A DNA stretch of 64,000 nt from NCBI GenBank assembly GCA_016844925.1, contig JAERTI010000038.1:130936-194935 (forward strand), read 5' to 3'. The notes beneath the pieces are model-generated. The model did no database searches. It was not told the origin of the DNA and worked only from the letters and a program-made list of their open reading frames with translations. This document shows positions 38,036 to 51,164 of the stretch, in pieces. The position numbers and the translations under genes were made by a program. Origin of the DNA: Candidatus Uhrbacteria bacterium. Lineage in GTDB: Bacteria > Patescibacteriota > Patescibacteriia > UBA9934 > GWF2-40-263. How positions within the stretch are numbered: position 1 is the stretch's first letter; every line of letters starts with the position of its first letter.

Positions 38036-39766
38036 ATGGACAAACGTTGGGTCATCGCTGAGCCTATTTCAGACGATGTAAAAAAACAGTTCCCGGAGAT
38101 CGCTCCGGCGGTTTTGCAATTACTTTGGACTCGAGGTCTGAGGACGCAAGAGGAGATTGATGTGTTCTTGGGACCAGACTGGAGTCGGGACGTGTACTCG
38201 CACGACTTGTTTAATCACATGGTCGCTGCGGTGACGCGCGTCTTTGAGTCGTTGGAGGCCGGAGAGGTTATTTCCATTCATGGAGACTACGATGCTGACG
38301 GTGTTTGTGGCACGGCGGTACTCGTGAGCGCTCTGCGTGATATATGTCGGGCACTCGGTTTTGATGAGAAGAAGATTACGACGTATATCCCACATCGAGA
38401 GAAGGAGGGGTATGGCATGTCCGTTTCGACCATGGAGCATCTTCATGAGCATGATAAAACAAAGCTGGTGATTACGGTTGATTGTGGAATTTCAAACAAG
38501 CCAGCGGTGGATCGTGGAAAAGAACTTGGGGTCGACACGGTGATTTGTGACCACCACACCATGCCAGAGGAGTTGCCGGACCAGGCAATTTTGATTCACC
38601 CGTTGGTTCCTGGTGAAGCGTTTCCGAATAAACATCTGTGTGGCACGGGTGTGGCGTACAAACTCGCGTGTGGTTTGATCGACGAAGCGCGACGGCGCGG
38701 CGCGGATCTCCCTGACGGGTACAGCAAGTGGCTTCTTGATTTGGTGGCGATTGCTACCGTGACGGATGTGATGCCGCTCTCTGGGGAGAATCGTGTGCTG
38801 GAGAAGTATGGATTGTTGGTGTTGAACAAGACGCGGCGTACAGGGATTCAGAAGTTGCTTGACGTTGCCGGGTCGAAGATAGGAGAGCTTGATACGGTAT
38901 CGATTGGATTTCAGATCGGGCCTCGACTGAACGCGGCAGGGCGCATGACTCATGCCCAGGAGGCGCTTGAGCTTCTTATCGAGGAAGATGAGCTGCGTGC
39001 GACAGAATTGGCAATGCGATTGCAGGAGATTAACAAGGAGCGACAGAAGGCGTCGCAGGCGATGTATGTGCAAGCGGAGAGTCAGCTCAAGACCATGGGA
39101 GACGATAAGCTTCTTGTGGTGTGGCAAGAAGGATGGGGAGCAGGACTTGTTGGACTTGTGGCTGGGAAGGTTGTTTCAAAATATGGAAAGCCGACGTTTG
39201 TTGTTGGTCGAGATGGAGACAAGTTTGTTGGCTCAGGACGTTCTCCAGAAGGGTTCGACATCACACAGGCGATGCGGCATGCCTCAGATCATCTGGATAA
39301 GTTTGGTGGGCACCCTCAGGCCTGTGGGTTCTCTGTTCATGGTGAGGAGAAGTTTCTGCGCGCCGTTGAGAGTATGCGCGCGTACGCCGAGGAGCAGATT
39401 ACGCTGGAGGATCTTGGACCGAGAGTGAATATTGATGCCCAAGTTGATCTCGATGAGGTCGACTGGCCGCTCTACGATGCGCTCCAACCGTTTAGGCCGT
39501 TTGGTACAGGGAATCCGCGGCCGTTGTTTTTAAGCAAGGGCGCGAAGGTGATCTCGTTTTCTGCCGTAGGAAAAGAGGGATCGCACTTGAAGCTGCGTCT
39601 GCAAGGGCAGGGTGGTAAAATACTTCCCGCGATTGGATTCCGCTTGGGAGATTGGGTTGATCGATTAACCATTGGCGCAGAGGTGGATGTGGTGTTTGAG
39701 GTGCAGGTAAACGAATGGAATGGCAATCGTGAGTTGCAGATAAGAGTTGAAGATTTGAAACAATAG
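38036..39766 (+). CDS. recJ: ssDNA exonuclease RecJ
   Basis: GDYDADG, TVDCG, CDHH, GPRLNAAGR, GSGRS, GGH. Confidence 0.96.
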   Translation: MDKRWVIAEPISDDVKKQFPEIAPAVLQLLWTRGLRTQEEIDVFLGPDWSRDVYSHDLFNHMVAAVTRVFESLEAGEVISIHGDYDADGVCGTAVLVSALRDICRALGFDEKKITTYIPHREKEGYGMSVSTMEHLHEHDKTKLVITVDCGISNKPAVDRGKELGVDTVICDHHTMPEELPDQAILIHPLVPGEAFPNKHLCGTGVAYKLACGLIDEARRRGADLPDGYSKWLLDLVAIATVTDVMPLSGENRVLEKYGLLVLNKTRRTGIQKLLDVAGSKIGELDTVSIGFQIGPRLNAAGRMTHAQEALELLIEEDELRATELAMRLQEINKERQKASQAMYVQAESQLKTMGDDKLLVVWQEGWGAGLVGLVAGKVVSKYGKPTFVVGRDGDKFVGSGRSPEGFDITQAMRHASDHLDKFGGHPQACGFSVHGEEKFLRAVESMRAYAEEQITLEDLGPRVNIDAQVDLDEVDWPLYDALQPFRPFGTGNPRPLFLSKGAKVISFSAVGKEGSHLKLRLQGQGGKILPAIGFRLGDWVDRLTIGAEVDVVFEVQVNEWNGNRELQIRVEDLKQ

Positions 39767-39768
39767 CT

Positions 39769-40173
39769 ATGAACGTACATCTTTATACAGATGGTGGATC
39801 ACGAGGAAATCCGGGGCCAGCTGCTTCTGGAGCCGTCGTTAAGACGCCTGAGGGAGAGGTTCTTGCCGAGGCAATGAAGTACCTTGGGGAGACAACAAAT
39901 AATCAGGCGGAGTACACAGCGATCATCATTGGTCTTGAGAAGGCTCGTGAGCTAGGGGCAAAGCGCGTTGATGTGTTTTTGGACTCCGAGCTCGCCACCA
40001 AGCAGCTTAATGGGGAATACAAGGTGAAGAATCCAGGGATTGCGCAGCGGTTTCTTGAGGTGAAAAATCTCATTCATGCGTTTGATCGTGTCACGTTTAC
40101 ACACGTCTATCGAGAGAACAATAAAGAGGCTGATGCGCTTGTGAACAAGTGTCTCGATGAGCAGCAGTGTTAA
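39769..40173 (+). CDS. rnhA: Ribonuclease HI
   Basis: YTDGGSRGNPG, TNNQAEY, DSEL, NKEAD. Confidence 0.93.
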   Translation: MNVHLYTDGGSRGNPGPAASGAVVKTPEGEVLAEAMKYLGETTNNQAEYTAIIIGLEKARELGAKRVDVFLDSELATKQLNGEYKVKNPGIAQRFLEVKNLIHAFDRVTFTHVYRENNKEADALVNKCLDEQQC

Positions 40174-40194
40174 GTGGTATACTTTTAGTAATCT

Positions 40195-41289
40195 ATGGGC
40201 TTGTTCGGAAAGAAAAAGCCAAAAAGTTTTTTGGGGGTCGACATTGGTGCGAGCTCTATTAAGATTGTCGAATTTGAAAGCAAGAAAGGACGCGCGACGC
40301 TCCTGACCTATGGGTATGCAGAGCTTCCATCCATGGAGGCGGGTGATACGATGTTTGAGGATCCCAAGGCGACTGGAGCGTTAGTCGCGCGTGTTTGGAA
40401 AGAGGCGGGGTGTAAATCAACGTCTGCTATGGCGGCGCTCCCAACGTCGAATGTGTTTTCGACCATTCTTTCCATTCCAGAAGTGAAGGATAAGAAGTTG
40501 CGTCAGGCTGCCGTGGATGCAGAGGTTGAGAAGCTCACGCCGCTCCCGCTTAGCGAGATGATCACGCAGACGACGTTTTTGGATGGAAAGAAAGAAAAGA
40601 AAGGGAAAAAGGGTGAACCGAAGACAAAGCAGAAAACATTCCGAGCGCTCGTGACGGGTTCTGCCAAGACGTTCATTCAGAAATACATTGAGATTTTTAA
40701 AGTCGCGAAGTTGAGTCTGCAAGCGATCGACACAGAATCTCTGGCCCTTATCCGTGCGTTGATTGGGAAAGACAAGGGAGCCATCATGATTCTGGATATT
40801 GGTTCCAAGCGAACGAATATCATGATCGTTGAAAAGGGGGTGCCGTTTGTTTCTCGATCGATTAATATTGGAGGGAACACAGTGACGCAGCAGTTGGTGC
40901 AGGCCATGAAGGTGCCAGAGGCGGAGGCAGAGCGGATTAAGCGCGATCTTGGTATGGCCGCAAGCACGGCATCCGGATTGGCTGGTGGTCTCCCTAAGGT
41001 TCTTGAACCGATCATGCAACCGCTGGTCAACGAGATTCGTTACGCGTTTCAGTTGTATGCAGGCATGGAGTTGGCTGAGGTAAAGGAGGTAGAGAAGATT
41101 ATCGTGACAGGAGGCTCGTCGCACTTACCACGTGTGCCTGAATATCTGGCCGAGACGCTGAACATGAATGTGTATCGCGGTGATCCGTGGGCGCGCGTTG
41201 TGTATCCAGCAGAGCTGGCGGCTGTGCTGGAGGAGATTGGGCCACGTATGTCTGTTGCCATTGGGCTTGCCATGCGCGAAATGGAATAA
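40195..41289 (+). CDS. pilM: Type IV pilus assembly protein PilM
   Basis: LGVDIGASSIK, LDIGSKRT, VTGGSS, AIGLAMR. Confidence 0.92.
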   Translation: MGLFGKKKPKSFLGVDIGASSIKIVEFESKKGRATLLTYGYAELPSMEAGDTMFEDPKATGALVARVWKEAGCKSTSAMAALPTSNVFSTILSIPEVKDKKLRQAAVDAEVEKLTPLPLSEMITQTTFLDGKKEKKGKKGEPKTKQKTFRALVTGSAKTFIQKYIEIFKVAKLSLQAIDTESLALIRALIGKDKGAIMILDIGSKRTNIMIVEKGVPFVSRSINIGGNTVTQQLVQAMKVPEAEAERIKRDLGMAASTASGLAGGLPKVLEPIMQPLVNEIRYAFQLYAGMELAEVKEVEKIIVTGGSSHLPRVPEYLAETLNMNVYRGDPWARVVYPAELAAVLEEIGPRMSVAIGLAMREME

Positions 41290-41291
41290 TT

Positions 41292-41801
41292 ATGTCTATG
41301 AAGAATCAAAAAGGATTTACACTTGTGGAGCTGCTGGTGGTGATCGCGATCATTGCGCTCATCATTGTGTTCGCCGCTGTGGCTGTGAATAGCGCACGCT
41401 CTAAGACGCGTGATGCAACACGACTTTCAACCGTGCGACAAATGCAGTCTGCGCTTGAGGATTACTTTAACGAGTTTAATACGTACCCTGACGGGGACCT
41501 GCTGCCATTGGGCGATGCTTCAGAGAGTGCCTGTCTTGGCTCAACGGGATTTGCCGCAAGTTGTTCTGGAGACAGCTCGACATTCTTGCAGATTGTCCAA
41601 TCAACACACGAGGATGGTCTTGAGGGGATCGTCACCTGTGGTGAGCCGTCCAGAAAAGCCTTCTGTTACACCCAGCTTGAGGGAGGTGATGAGTACGTGA
41701 TACATTTTGAACTAGAAAACATGCTTGGATCTGTTGGTCTTCAGGCGGGTGTGAACTGCGCCACTCCTGAAGGTATGGAGGCGGGGATCTGCGCTGATTA
41801 A
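41292..41801 (+). CDS. Type IV pilin-like protein
   Basis: KG|FTLVELLVVIAII N-methylation site; ARSKTRDATR. Confidence 0.92.
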   Translation: MSMKNQKGFTLVELLVVIAIIALIIVFAAVAVNSARSKTRDATRLSTVRQMQSALEDYFNEFNTYPDGDLLPLGDASESACLGSTGFAASCSGDSSTFLQIVQSTHEDGLEGIVTCGEPSRKAFCYTQLEGGDEYVIHFELENMLGSVGLQAGVNCATPEGMEAGICAD

Positions 41802-41820
41802 TCATTAACTTATTACTTTT

Positions 41821-42417
41821 ATGGAAAAAGGACGACGGCGAGAGATGATTTCTGCAGAGATGCAGGATGTGGCAGGTCGACTAGATGTTGCTGATAGTGA
41901 ATTTAAGGCAGCAGAGGGTTTGCTCGAGGAAGCGATTAAGAATCAAGGGGATGTTCAGGAAGCGTCAGAGCTTTACGATAAAGCCGCTGAAGCTTTTGAG
42001 AGGGCTGCCGTTACGTATGAGGCACTTATTGTGGCTGCTGGCCGAGAGGATGAGCGACTTCGTGCGCTTGAGAGCAAGATGGAGGCAGAGCAAGGTTCTT
42101 TGAAGGCGGCGATGGAATCAGGTGACGTTGAGACGGTTCAGGCAGCTGCTACCGCTTTGGCTGAAACTGCTGGGCGTGTAAAAGAGTCTGTGGAGGCGAT
42201 GCCTGGATTGAGTGAAGATGAGCAAGAAGAGCTTGAGGGCTTGCTTGAAGAGTTGGGCATCACTGATGATAAGACTGCTGAGAGAATGAAGAATCGCATG
42301 AAAGTATTGCTTTCTGGTATGGAGACTCGTGATCCTGAGAAAGCCATTGAATCGATTAAGGCAGAGCCACAGACGGTTAAGCCTCGATTTACCAAACGAA
42401 CTTGGGCTGGAAGCTAG
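41821..42417 (+). CDS. Acidic coiled-coil hypothetical protein
   Basis: Glu/Ala-rich helical ORF. Confidence 0.7.
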   Translation: MEKGRRREMISAEMQDVAGRLDVADSEFKAAEGLLEEAIKNQGDVQEASELYDKAAEAFERAAVTYEALIVAAGREDERLRALESKMEAEQGSLKAAMESGDVETVQAAATALAETAGRVKESVEAMPGLSEDEQEELEGLLEELGITDDKTAERMKNRMKVLLSGMETRDPEKAIESIKAEPQTVKPRFTKRTWAGS

Positions 42418-42514
42418 AAAGAGAACGTTCGATAAACAATCGACAGGTTACACCCCCTTGACAGGGGGTGTTTGTTTTGGCAATGTCGACTGCCGTGTAG
42501 AAGAGGAGTCGATC

Positions 42515-42973
42515 ATGATCGAACCCATGCCCCGTCCGGGAGGTTCGCCCATGACGGCGATTCTCCTCAGGCGGCTCATGTACCCCTATGTCAGGCCCGT
42601 CGCCCGCATCGTCCACGAGTGGTACGAACATGCGGTCGCACGCGCCGGACCATCGCTTGTGAACACCGACGCTGCTTGCGTCGTGATGTTTTGCAAGATC
42701 TTGCCAACGGTCCAGGGTTCTCTCGGGGACCTTGCGGACGATCTCGATCAAGCCACCCTCAGCGAGCTGGTAGCTTGCTGTCTGGAGGCAGAACGAGAAC
42801 GTCCGGTCTGGGACACGCTTCCGGCGCGAGAGCAGGATCGTCTGCTCGCAAGCGCTGGAATCGATCGGCAAGAAGGGGAACTCACTCCTACGGCAAACCT
42901 GACCCTCTGGCACCTGCGCACACAGCTCGCGGTACCAAGGTGGTATGCCCACACGCAACGGTCGGACGCGTAG
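42515..42973 (+). CDS. Hypothetical protein, GC-rich stand-alone unit
   Basis: TTGACA(42458)-17-CAATGT, SD GAGGAG, terminator over the stop codon. Confidence 0.65.
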   Translation: MIEPMPRPGGSPMTAILLRRLMYPYVRPVARIVHEWYEHAVARAGPSLVNTDAACVVMFCKILPTVQGSLGDLADDLDQATLSELVACCLEAERERPVWDTLPAREQDRLLASAGIDRQEGELTPTANLTLWHLRTQLAVPRWYAHTQRSDA

Positions 42974-43020
42974 TCACGCGGTCCGATTTTTTTGTTGTGC
43001 AAGTGGTACACTGGGTCCAT

Positions 43021-43779
43021 ATGGAGATACTTTTTTTCGCAGGGATCTTTTTACTTGGCCTGTGTGTCGGCAGTTTTTTAAACGTGGCGATCTTTCGGGT
43101 TCATGAGGGAGAGCAAATCGTCCGTGGGCGATCTAAGTGCATGAAGTGTGAAGAGCCGCTTGGTCCTCGTGACCTGGTGCCCGTGCTGAGTTACCTGGCG
43201 CTCAAGGGACGTTGTCGTCGGTGCAAGGCGGTGGTGTCATGGCAGTATCCGCTGATCGAGCTCGTAACAGGAGTGTTGTTCGTGGGGCTGTATCTGCTGC
43301 ACGGTTGGGACCTGGTGTTTGTGCGCGACGCGGTGTTCGTCTCGTATCTGATCATTATCTTTGTCTATGACCTGCGGCACATGCTGATTCTGGACAAGTT
43401 TACGATCCCCGCCATGATCTTCGCGGTACTCGTAAACCTGTGGCTTGGTTTGGTGCCAGCCTGGTCGATTCTCGCGGGAGGGGTTGTGCTTGCGTCATTC
43501 TTCTGGATTCAGTTGCTCATCTCACAAGGAAAGTGGGTTGGTGGTGGCGATATCCGTATGGGGGCGCTCATGGGGTTCATGCTCGGGCTCACACACGGTG
43601 CGGTCGCGTTGTTCCTTGCGTATGTTCTCGGCGGGTTAGTCGGTGCGTATCTTCTTGTCACGGGGAAGGTCGATCGCAAAACGCCGATCCCGTTTGGAAC
43701 GTTCATGGCCGTGGGAACGTTGGCGATGCTGCTTGCGGGTAAGTCGATCGTTGGGTGGTATCTAGGTCTCTTCGCGTAA
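43021..43779 (+). CDS. pilD: Prepilin peptidase (A24)
   Basis: GSFLNV, CMKC/CRRC, YDL, GGGD, IPFG. Confidence 0.94.
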   Translation: MEILFFAGIFLLGLCVGSFLNVAIFRVHEGEQIVRGRSKCMKCEEPLGPRDLVPVLSYLALKGRCRRCKAVVSWQYPLIELVTGVLFVGLYLLHGWDLVFVRDAVFVSYLIIIFVYDLRHMLILDKFTIPAMIFAVLVNLWLGLVPAWSILAGGVVLASFFWIQLLISQGKWVGGGDIRMGALMGFMLGLTHGAVALFLAYVLGGLVGAYLLVTGKVDRKTPIPFGTFMAVGTLAMLLAGKSIVGWYLGLFA

Positions 43780-43838
43780 GATTGACCCGGTACTCTGCCG
43801 GTGTTACGGTTCGACCAGCCACCAACAAGGAGAGTGAG

Positions 43839-46526
<2,688 letters not shown>

Positions 46527-46528
46527 GT

Positions 46529-47977
46529 ATGGATGTATCAACAATGACGATTAGAGAGGCGCGAGAAAAGATGGAAGCTGGTGAGCTAACATCTGAGGCG
46601 CTAGTGAAGAGTTGTCTTGAACGAATCAAGGCTGATAACGATGATTTGCATATCATGCTGTCAGTTGATGAGCAGGCTCTTGAGCAAGCCAGGAAAATTG
46701 ATGAGCGTCGCGCTGCCGGTGAGTCGCTTGGTCCTCTTGCAGGTATTCCTGTGGCTTTGAAAGATAATTTGCTGGTTGAAGGTTGGGAAGTGACAGCGGC
46801 GGCGCAGGTTCTTGAGGGGCATATAAGCTCTTATGATGCGACGGTGGTTTCTCGTTTGAAGAAGGCAGGTGCCATTTTGATTGGGAGAACAAACATGGAT
46901 GATGCCGCCATGGGGTCATCGACAGAGACATCTCATTACGGGCCAACAAAAAACCCTTGGGATCGCACCAAGGTTCCTGGTGGGTCCAGTGGCGGTTCAG
47001 CTGCGGCTGTGGCTGCGGGGTTTGTTCCTGTTGCACTGGGGTCTGATACAGGTGGATCTGTTCGTCAGCCCGCAAGTTTGTGTGGCGTGGTTGGGTTAAA
47101 ACCCACCTATGGTCGCGTGTCTCGATATGGGCTCATTGCCCTTGCGTCGAGTCTGGATCAAATCGGTCCGCTCACACGAACCGTGGAAGACGCTGCAACG
47201 GTACTGGAAGTTATTGAAGGCCGTGATGAGCACGATGCCACATCTGTGGAACTTTCAAACACAACGGTTCCTGAGTTGCTTGAGAAAGACCTCACGGGCA
47301 TGACCCTCGGTCTTCCAAAGGAATACTTTATCGAGGGGATGGACCCAGAGGTAAAGAAGGCTGTGATGGAGGCAGTGGCAGAACTCGAGCACGCTGGGGC
47401 CAAGATTGTGGACGTGTCACTCCCGCATGCGGAGTATGCGCTCGCTGCGTACTACATCATCATGCCAGCTGAGGCGAGTTCCAACTTGGGACGCTTCGAC
47501 GGGTTGCGTTACGGCTACCACTCAAGCGGTAAAGACCTTCAGGACACGTACTCTCGCTCTCGTGGTGAAGGGTTTGGGACAGAGGTGAAGCGCCGTATTA
47601 TGCTCGGAAGCTACACGCTGAGTGCTGGGTATTATGATGCGTACTATCGAAAGGCCTTGAAGGTACGGTCACTTATCAAGAAAGACTTCGATGAAGCACT
47701 GAAGACCGTCGATGCCATCGTGACACCAACAAGTCCTTCGGTGGCCTGGGGAATAGGGGAGAAATTCAACGATCCTCTGACCATGTATCTCTCTGATATT
47801 TATACGATTAGCGCAAACCTTGCGACGGTTCCAGCCCTGTCGATTCCGTGTGGATTCTCCGATGGGTTGCCGATAGGATTACAGATTATGGGCAAGCCGT
47901 TTGATGAGCACACACTGCTGCGCATCGGAGCGGTGTATCAGCAGAAGACTGACTGGCATACAAAGACACCTGCATGA
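46529..47977 (+). CDS. gatA: Asp/Glu-tRNA amidotransferase subunit A
   Basis: [32 protein letters not shown]. Confidence 0.97.
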   Translation: MDVSTMTIREAREKMEAGELTSEALVKSCLERIKADNDDLHIMLSVDEQALEQARKIDERRAAGESLGPLAGIPVALKDNLLVEGWEVTAAAQVLEGHISSYDATVVSRLKKAGAILIGRTNMDDAAMGSSTETSHYGPTKNPWDRTKVPGGSSGGSAAAVAAGFVPVALGSDTGGSVRQPASLCGVVGLKPTYGRVSRYGLIALASSLDQIGPLTRTVEDAATVLEVIEGRDEHDATSVELSNTTVPELLEKDLTGMTLGLPKEYFIEGMDPEVKKAVMEAVAELEHAGAKIVDVSLPHAEYALAAYYIIMPAEASSNLGRFDGLRYGYHSSGKDLQDTYSRSRGEGFGTEVKRRIMLGSYTLSAGYYDAYYRKALKVRSLIKKDFDEALKTVDAIVTPTSPSVAWGIGEKFNDPLTMYLSDIYTISANLATVPALSIPCGFSDGLPIGLQIMGKPFDEHTLLRIGAVYQQKTDWHTKTPA

Positions 47978-48729
47978 TTCCGTATTTCAACGTTACAACG
48001 ATCGCATTAGGCCCCATCACCATTCAGGTGTGGGGTCTTATGGTTGCGCTAGGGATGTTGGTTGGTGCGTGGGCTGCAGCAAAGATGGCGAAGCATCGAG
48101 GGCAGGATGAGAAGATTATTTGGGACCTGAGCGTCTGGGTGATCATCGCCGCGATGATTGGTGCGCGCATCATTCATGTGGTCTATGAGCCCGCGACCTA
48201 TCTTGCGGACCCCATGGAGTTCTTCCGTGTGTGGCATGGCGGGTTCTCTGTCATGGGAGGGTTTCTTGGAGCCCTTATCGCTGGTGTGTGGTTTCTACGT
48301 CGCAAACATGTCGACGTCTGGGCTTACAGTGATACAGCGCTCTTTGGTTTGCCTCTAGGGCTCTTCATCGGTCGTATTGGCTGTTTCCTGATTCACGACC
48401 ATCCAGGCACGCTCACAGATTTTGTTGGTGGCGTGCAGTTTCCTGATGGGACTCGGCATGACCATGGGCTTTACTTGTCGATCAACGGCCTCCTGCTTTT
48501 CCTTACGTTCCTTTTGCTCGCCAGGCGCGGAGCAAGGACGGGGACGTACGCGGTCGTGTTCTTGCTCTGGTATGGCACCATTCGATTTTTCCTTGACTTC
48601 CTGCGTGCTACCGACGGAGCCATCGTCGATACGCGATATTTGGGCCTCACACCTGCACAATACTTCTCTTTGATGATGGTGGCGGGGGGAGCGTGGCTTT
48701 TCCACAAAAAATTGTCGAGAAAACATTGA
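47974..48729 (+). CDS. lgt: Prolipoprotein diacylglyceryl transferase
   Basis: IGARI, WHGGFS..GG, GRIGCF, RFFLDFLR. Confidence 0.9.
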   Translation: MIPYFNVTTIALGPITIQVWGLMVALGMLVGAWAAAKMAKHRGQDEKIIWDLSVWVIIAAMIGARIIHVVYEPATYLADPMEFFRVWHGGFSVMGGFLGALIAGVWFLRRKHVDVWAYSDTALFGLPLGLFIGRIGCFLIHDHPGTLTDFVGGVQFPDGTRHDHGLYLSINGLLLFLTFLLLARRGARTGTYAVVFLLWYGTIRFFLDFLRATDGAIVDTRYLGLTPAQYFSLMMVAGGAWLFHKKLSRKH

Positions 48730-48809
48730 CAGATATGATGTAAGAAAATAGCCTTAAAGAAAGGTTATTTTTAATTATCCACAAAAAGCTGCCGTAATCT
48801 TTGTCTTGT

Positions 48810-49565
48810 ATGCCACGCATCCCTAAACTACCTGATGACACACTCGAACTGCTTGGGGTTCGCCCCAAAGATATGGGTGTGTACACAGCCCTTTTGACCC
48901 TTGGCACCGCACCGCTCCGCCGGATTGCAGAAGAGTCTGGCCTCAACCGTGGAACGACCTACGACGCGCTCAAGCGTCTGATCGACATTGGTTTGGTGAG
49001 CTATATGGACGCCAAGAGTCATCGGTACTTCACCGCAGAGGACCCGCAAAAACTTACCGGCCTTGCGACACGTCGTGAGGTGGCGATCCAGGAAGCACAG
49101 ATCAAGATCAAAGATGTCGTGCCAAAACTGCAGGAGCTTCTTGGTCGCAGCGCGCATCGCCCATCCGTTCGTTATTACGAGGGCGATGGGGGTGTGCGAG
49201 AGATTCTCGAGGATGTCCTCAAGGTGTGTGAAAAATCGAAAGACAAAGTATTCCGCGTCTACTCCTCAGAGGGAATCCGCGATCTCATCGCCCACGCCTG
49301 GCCCGCGTTCAAAAAGACACGTGTGCGCAAGCGTGTGAAGGTAAGAGCGATCTCTATTGGAAAAGGTGGTCACACTTACGGTCTGGATGAGCGTAAGTGG
49401 CTTACAAAGGATGATAAAGCACCGAGTTATACGTTCCTGTATCCAGGTAAGTGTGCCTTTGTCTCCGTAGATGAGCGCCGACAGCTGTTCGGTGTCATCA
49501 TCGAAGATGACGCCATTAGCGCTACGCAGGAGATGATCTTTGATGCGATGTGGGGGAAGTTATAG
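48810..49565 (+). CDS. TrmB-family transcriptional regulator
   Basis: wHTH IAEESGLNRGTTYDALKRL, VRYYEG, FDAMW. Confidence 0.88.
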   Translation: MPRIPKLPDDTLELLGVRPKDMGVYTALLTLGTAPLRRIAEESGLNRGTTYDALKRLIDIGLVSYMDAKSHRYFTAEDPQKLTGLATRREVAIQEAQIKIKDVVPKLQELLGRSAHRPSVRYYEGDGGVREILEDVLKVCEKSKDKVFRVYSSEGIRDLIAHAWPAFKKTRVRKRVKVRAISIGKGGHTYGLDERKWLTKDDKAPSYTFLYPGKCAFVSVDERRQLFGVIIEDDAISATQEMIFDAMWGKL

Positions 49566-49655
49566 GAAAAGCGATGAACTGTTCGTTGTCAGTCTAACTT
49601 GCTAGACGAGTTGGGCTTATCACGAACAGTTCATGTCTAACCTGGGGTGCTGAAG

Positions 49656-50213
49656 ATGAAGAACGCTGTTGTGGCGATGTTCTGTGGACCACACAACGAA
49701 GGGACCGAGTTCCCGTACGTACGCATCGATCGCTCCATCGCCGTCGCGTTGGAGCGGGGCCTGCCGCTGCTCATCGCGGGGGACGCTCACCGAGGTCGTG
49801 ACCTCGAGTACTTCCGCGACTACGCACAAGGCGCTGGTGTGATCGAAGTGGTCATCGAGCCGCTATACGATCCCCGCGCCTCAACGCTCGCTGACGCTCA
49901 GATGGTTGCCGAGTGGCTCAGGGGTCACCACGCCGAGCGTGGGATCCAGCACGTGCTGCTGGTCACCGACCTCTGGCACATGTTCCGTGCCATGATCATG
50001 CTGCAAGGTGAGATCAACAAGCGTCTGCCCGTCGGGACGGTTCAGTCCATTCCGGCGGCGGCGTTCGGTGGCCCTCGTCCGCCCGAAGATGTCATCCTCG
50101 GTGAGATCAAGGGAGCGCGAGACTACCTCGACGGCACGTACGGTCCGGACAACAGGGCCTACGACTCCTATGGCAAGCCTGCCAACGGCTCAGACCGCCT
50201 CGCGCGCGCCTGA
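49656..50213 (+). CDS. YdcF/DUF218 (ElyC/SanA-like) protein, GC-rich unit
   Basis: RIDRSIA, ASTLADA, VLLVTDLWHMFRA. Confidence 0.78.
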   Translation: MKNAVVAMFCGPHNEGTEFPYVRIDRSIAVALERGLPLLIAGDAHRGRDLEYFRDYAQGAGVIEVVIEPLYDPRASTLADAQMVAEWLRGHHAERGIQHVLLVTDLWHMFRAMIMLQGEINKRLPVGTVQSIPAAAFGGPRPPEDVILGEIKGARDYLDGTYGPDNRAYDSYGKPANGSDRLARA

Positions 50214-50324
50214 CGCTACCTCGACTACGGTCGGGGTTTTTACTTAGTGACGTTTTTACGTCATACGACGCTTAAGTGTTACATCGTTAGAAGCAAAACA
50301 GACCCCTATGGGTCTGTTATTCGT

Positions 50325-50705
50325 TTACCAATATTTGCTTCCTGAACTACTTGGGGTCGTTGGTGCGGCTTTTGGCTTGGGTTGCTCGGCTGGTTGCTGC
50401 TGGGCCGCGCCTCCGCCGATGCTCGCGGCGATCCGCGCCATCTCTGCCTCCACGAGCGGTCCTTCATACTCACCACCATGGGCAGACGTTCCCTCATAGC
50501 TTGCTGCCTTCTGATCGACATGGAGGTTCACCTGCAGCCCACCGTCGCGGTCCTCGACGTACGCATGGTACCGAGGAAATCTCTCTGGCCCTACACGCCG
50601 CACGTAACTGATCTGTCCGGAGCGCGTTCTTTGTTCGCCGTAGCCGGCTGAGCGCATGATGTTTCTTGCATGATCGGGGAGCGGGGCAGGGAAGAAGTGT
50701 TTCAT
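50325..50705 (-). CDS. Conserved hypothetical protein
   Basis: FPRYHAYV..LHVDQ..H.GEY.G; paralogue of neighbour. Confidence 0.75.
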   Translation of the reverse strand: MKHFFPAPLPDHARNIMRSAGYGEQRTRSGQISYVRRVGPERFPRYHAYVEDRDGGLQVNLHVDQKAASYEGTSAHGGEYEGPLVEAEMARIAASIGGGAAQQQPAEQPKPKAAPTTPSSSGSKYW

Positions 50706-50712
50706 AGGGGAG

Positions 50713-51114
50713 CTACTTGAAAAGGATTTCGTAGATCGATCGTTTCCGCTTTGGTTTCGGTGCGCGCTTTTTGAACGATGGGTCGTTGGCCTGATTTACC
50801 TGCTTCATTTTTGGGGGGATCTTGATCGCGTTAACAAGTCGATTCAGCTCGCTGTTTACACGTCCACCGCTGTAAGCCCATTCATGACCATGACTGCTCT
50901 CACCCTGGAGGTCATGCTGGTCGATGTGTAGATCGACATCCATGCCGGCGCCGTTAATCGTGACAAAGGCGTGGAAGCGGGGGAAGCGGTGAGGGGCGTG
51001 CAGGCGTCTATGGTAGCAGGTCTTACCAGCCTCGACACAATGGCGAACATAACCTGCACGAGCCATGAGGTCGTCTGGAGATTCCTTGGGCCTTTGTGTG
51101 AAGCTGTAACGCAT
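50713..51114 (-). CDS. Conserved hypothetical protein, paralogue of 50325-50705
   Basis: FPRFHAFV..LHIDQ..H...YSG; start uncertain. Confidence 0.72.
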   Translation of the reverse strand: MRYSFTQRPKESPDDLMARAGYVRHCVEAGKTCYHRRLHAPHRFPRFHAFVTINGAGMDVDLHIDQHDLQGESSHGHEWAYSGGRVNSELNRLVNAIKIPPKMKQVNQANDPSFKKRAPKPKRKRSIYEILFK

Positions 51115-51164
51115 ACACCATAGGTATACGTCCATCAAAGCCAGACATTGCCCTAATCGTCAAG

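Noticed and set aside
49592-49616. attC-like GTCTAAC...GTTGGGC boxes
   Set aside because: Only 11 nt apart, far shorter than attC sites; no integron integrase or array seen
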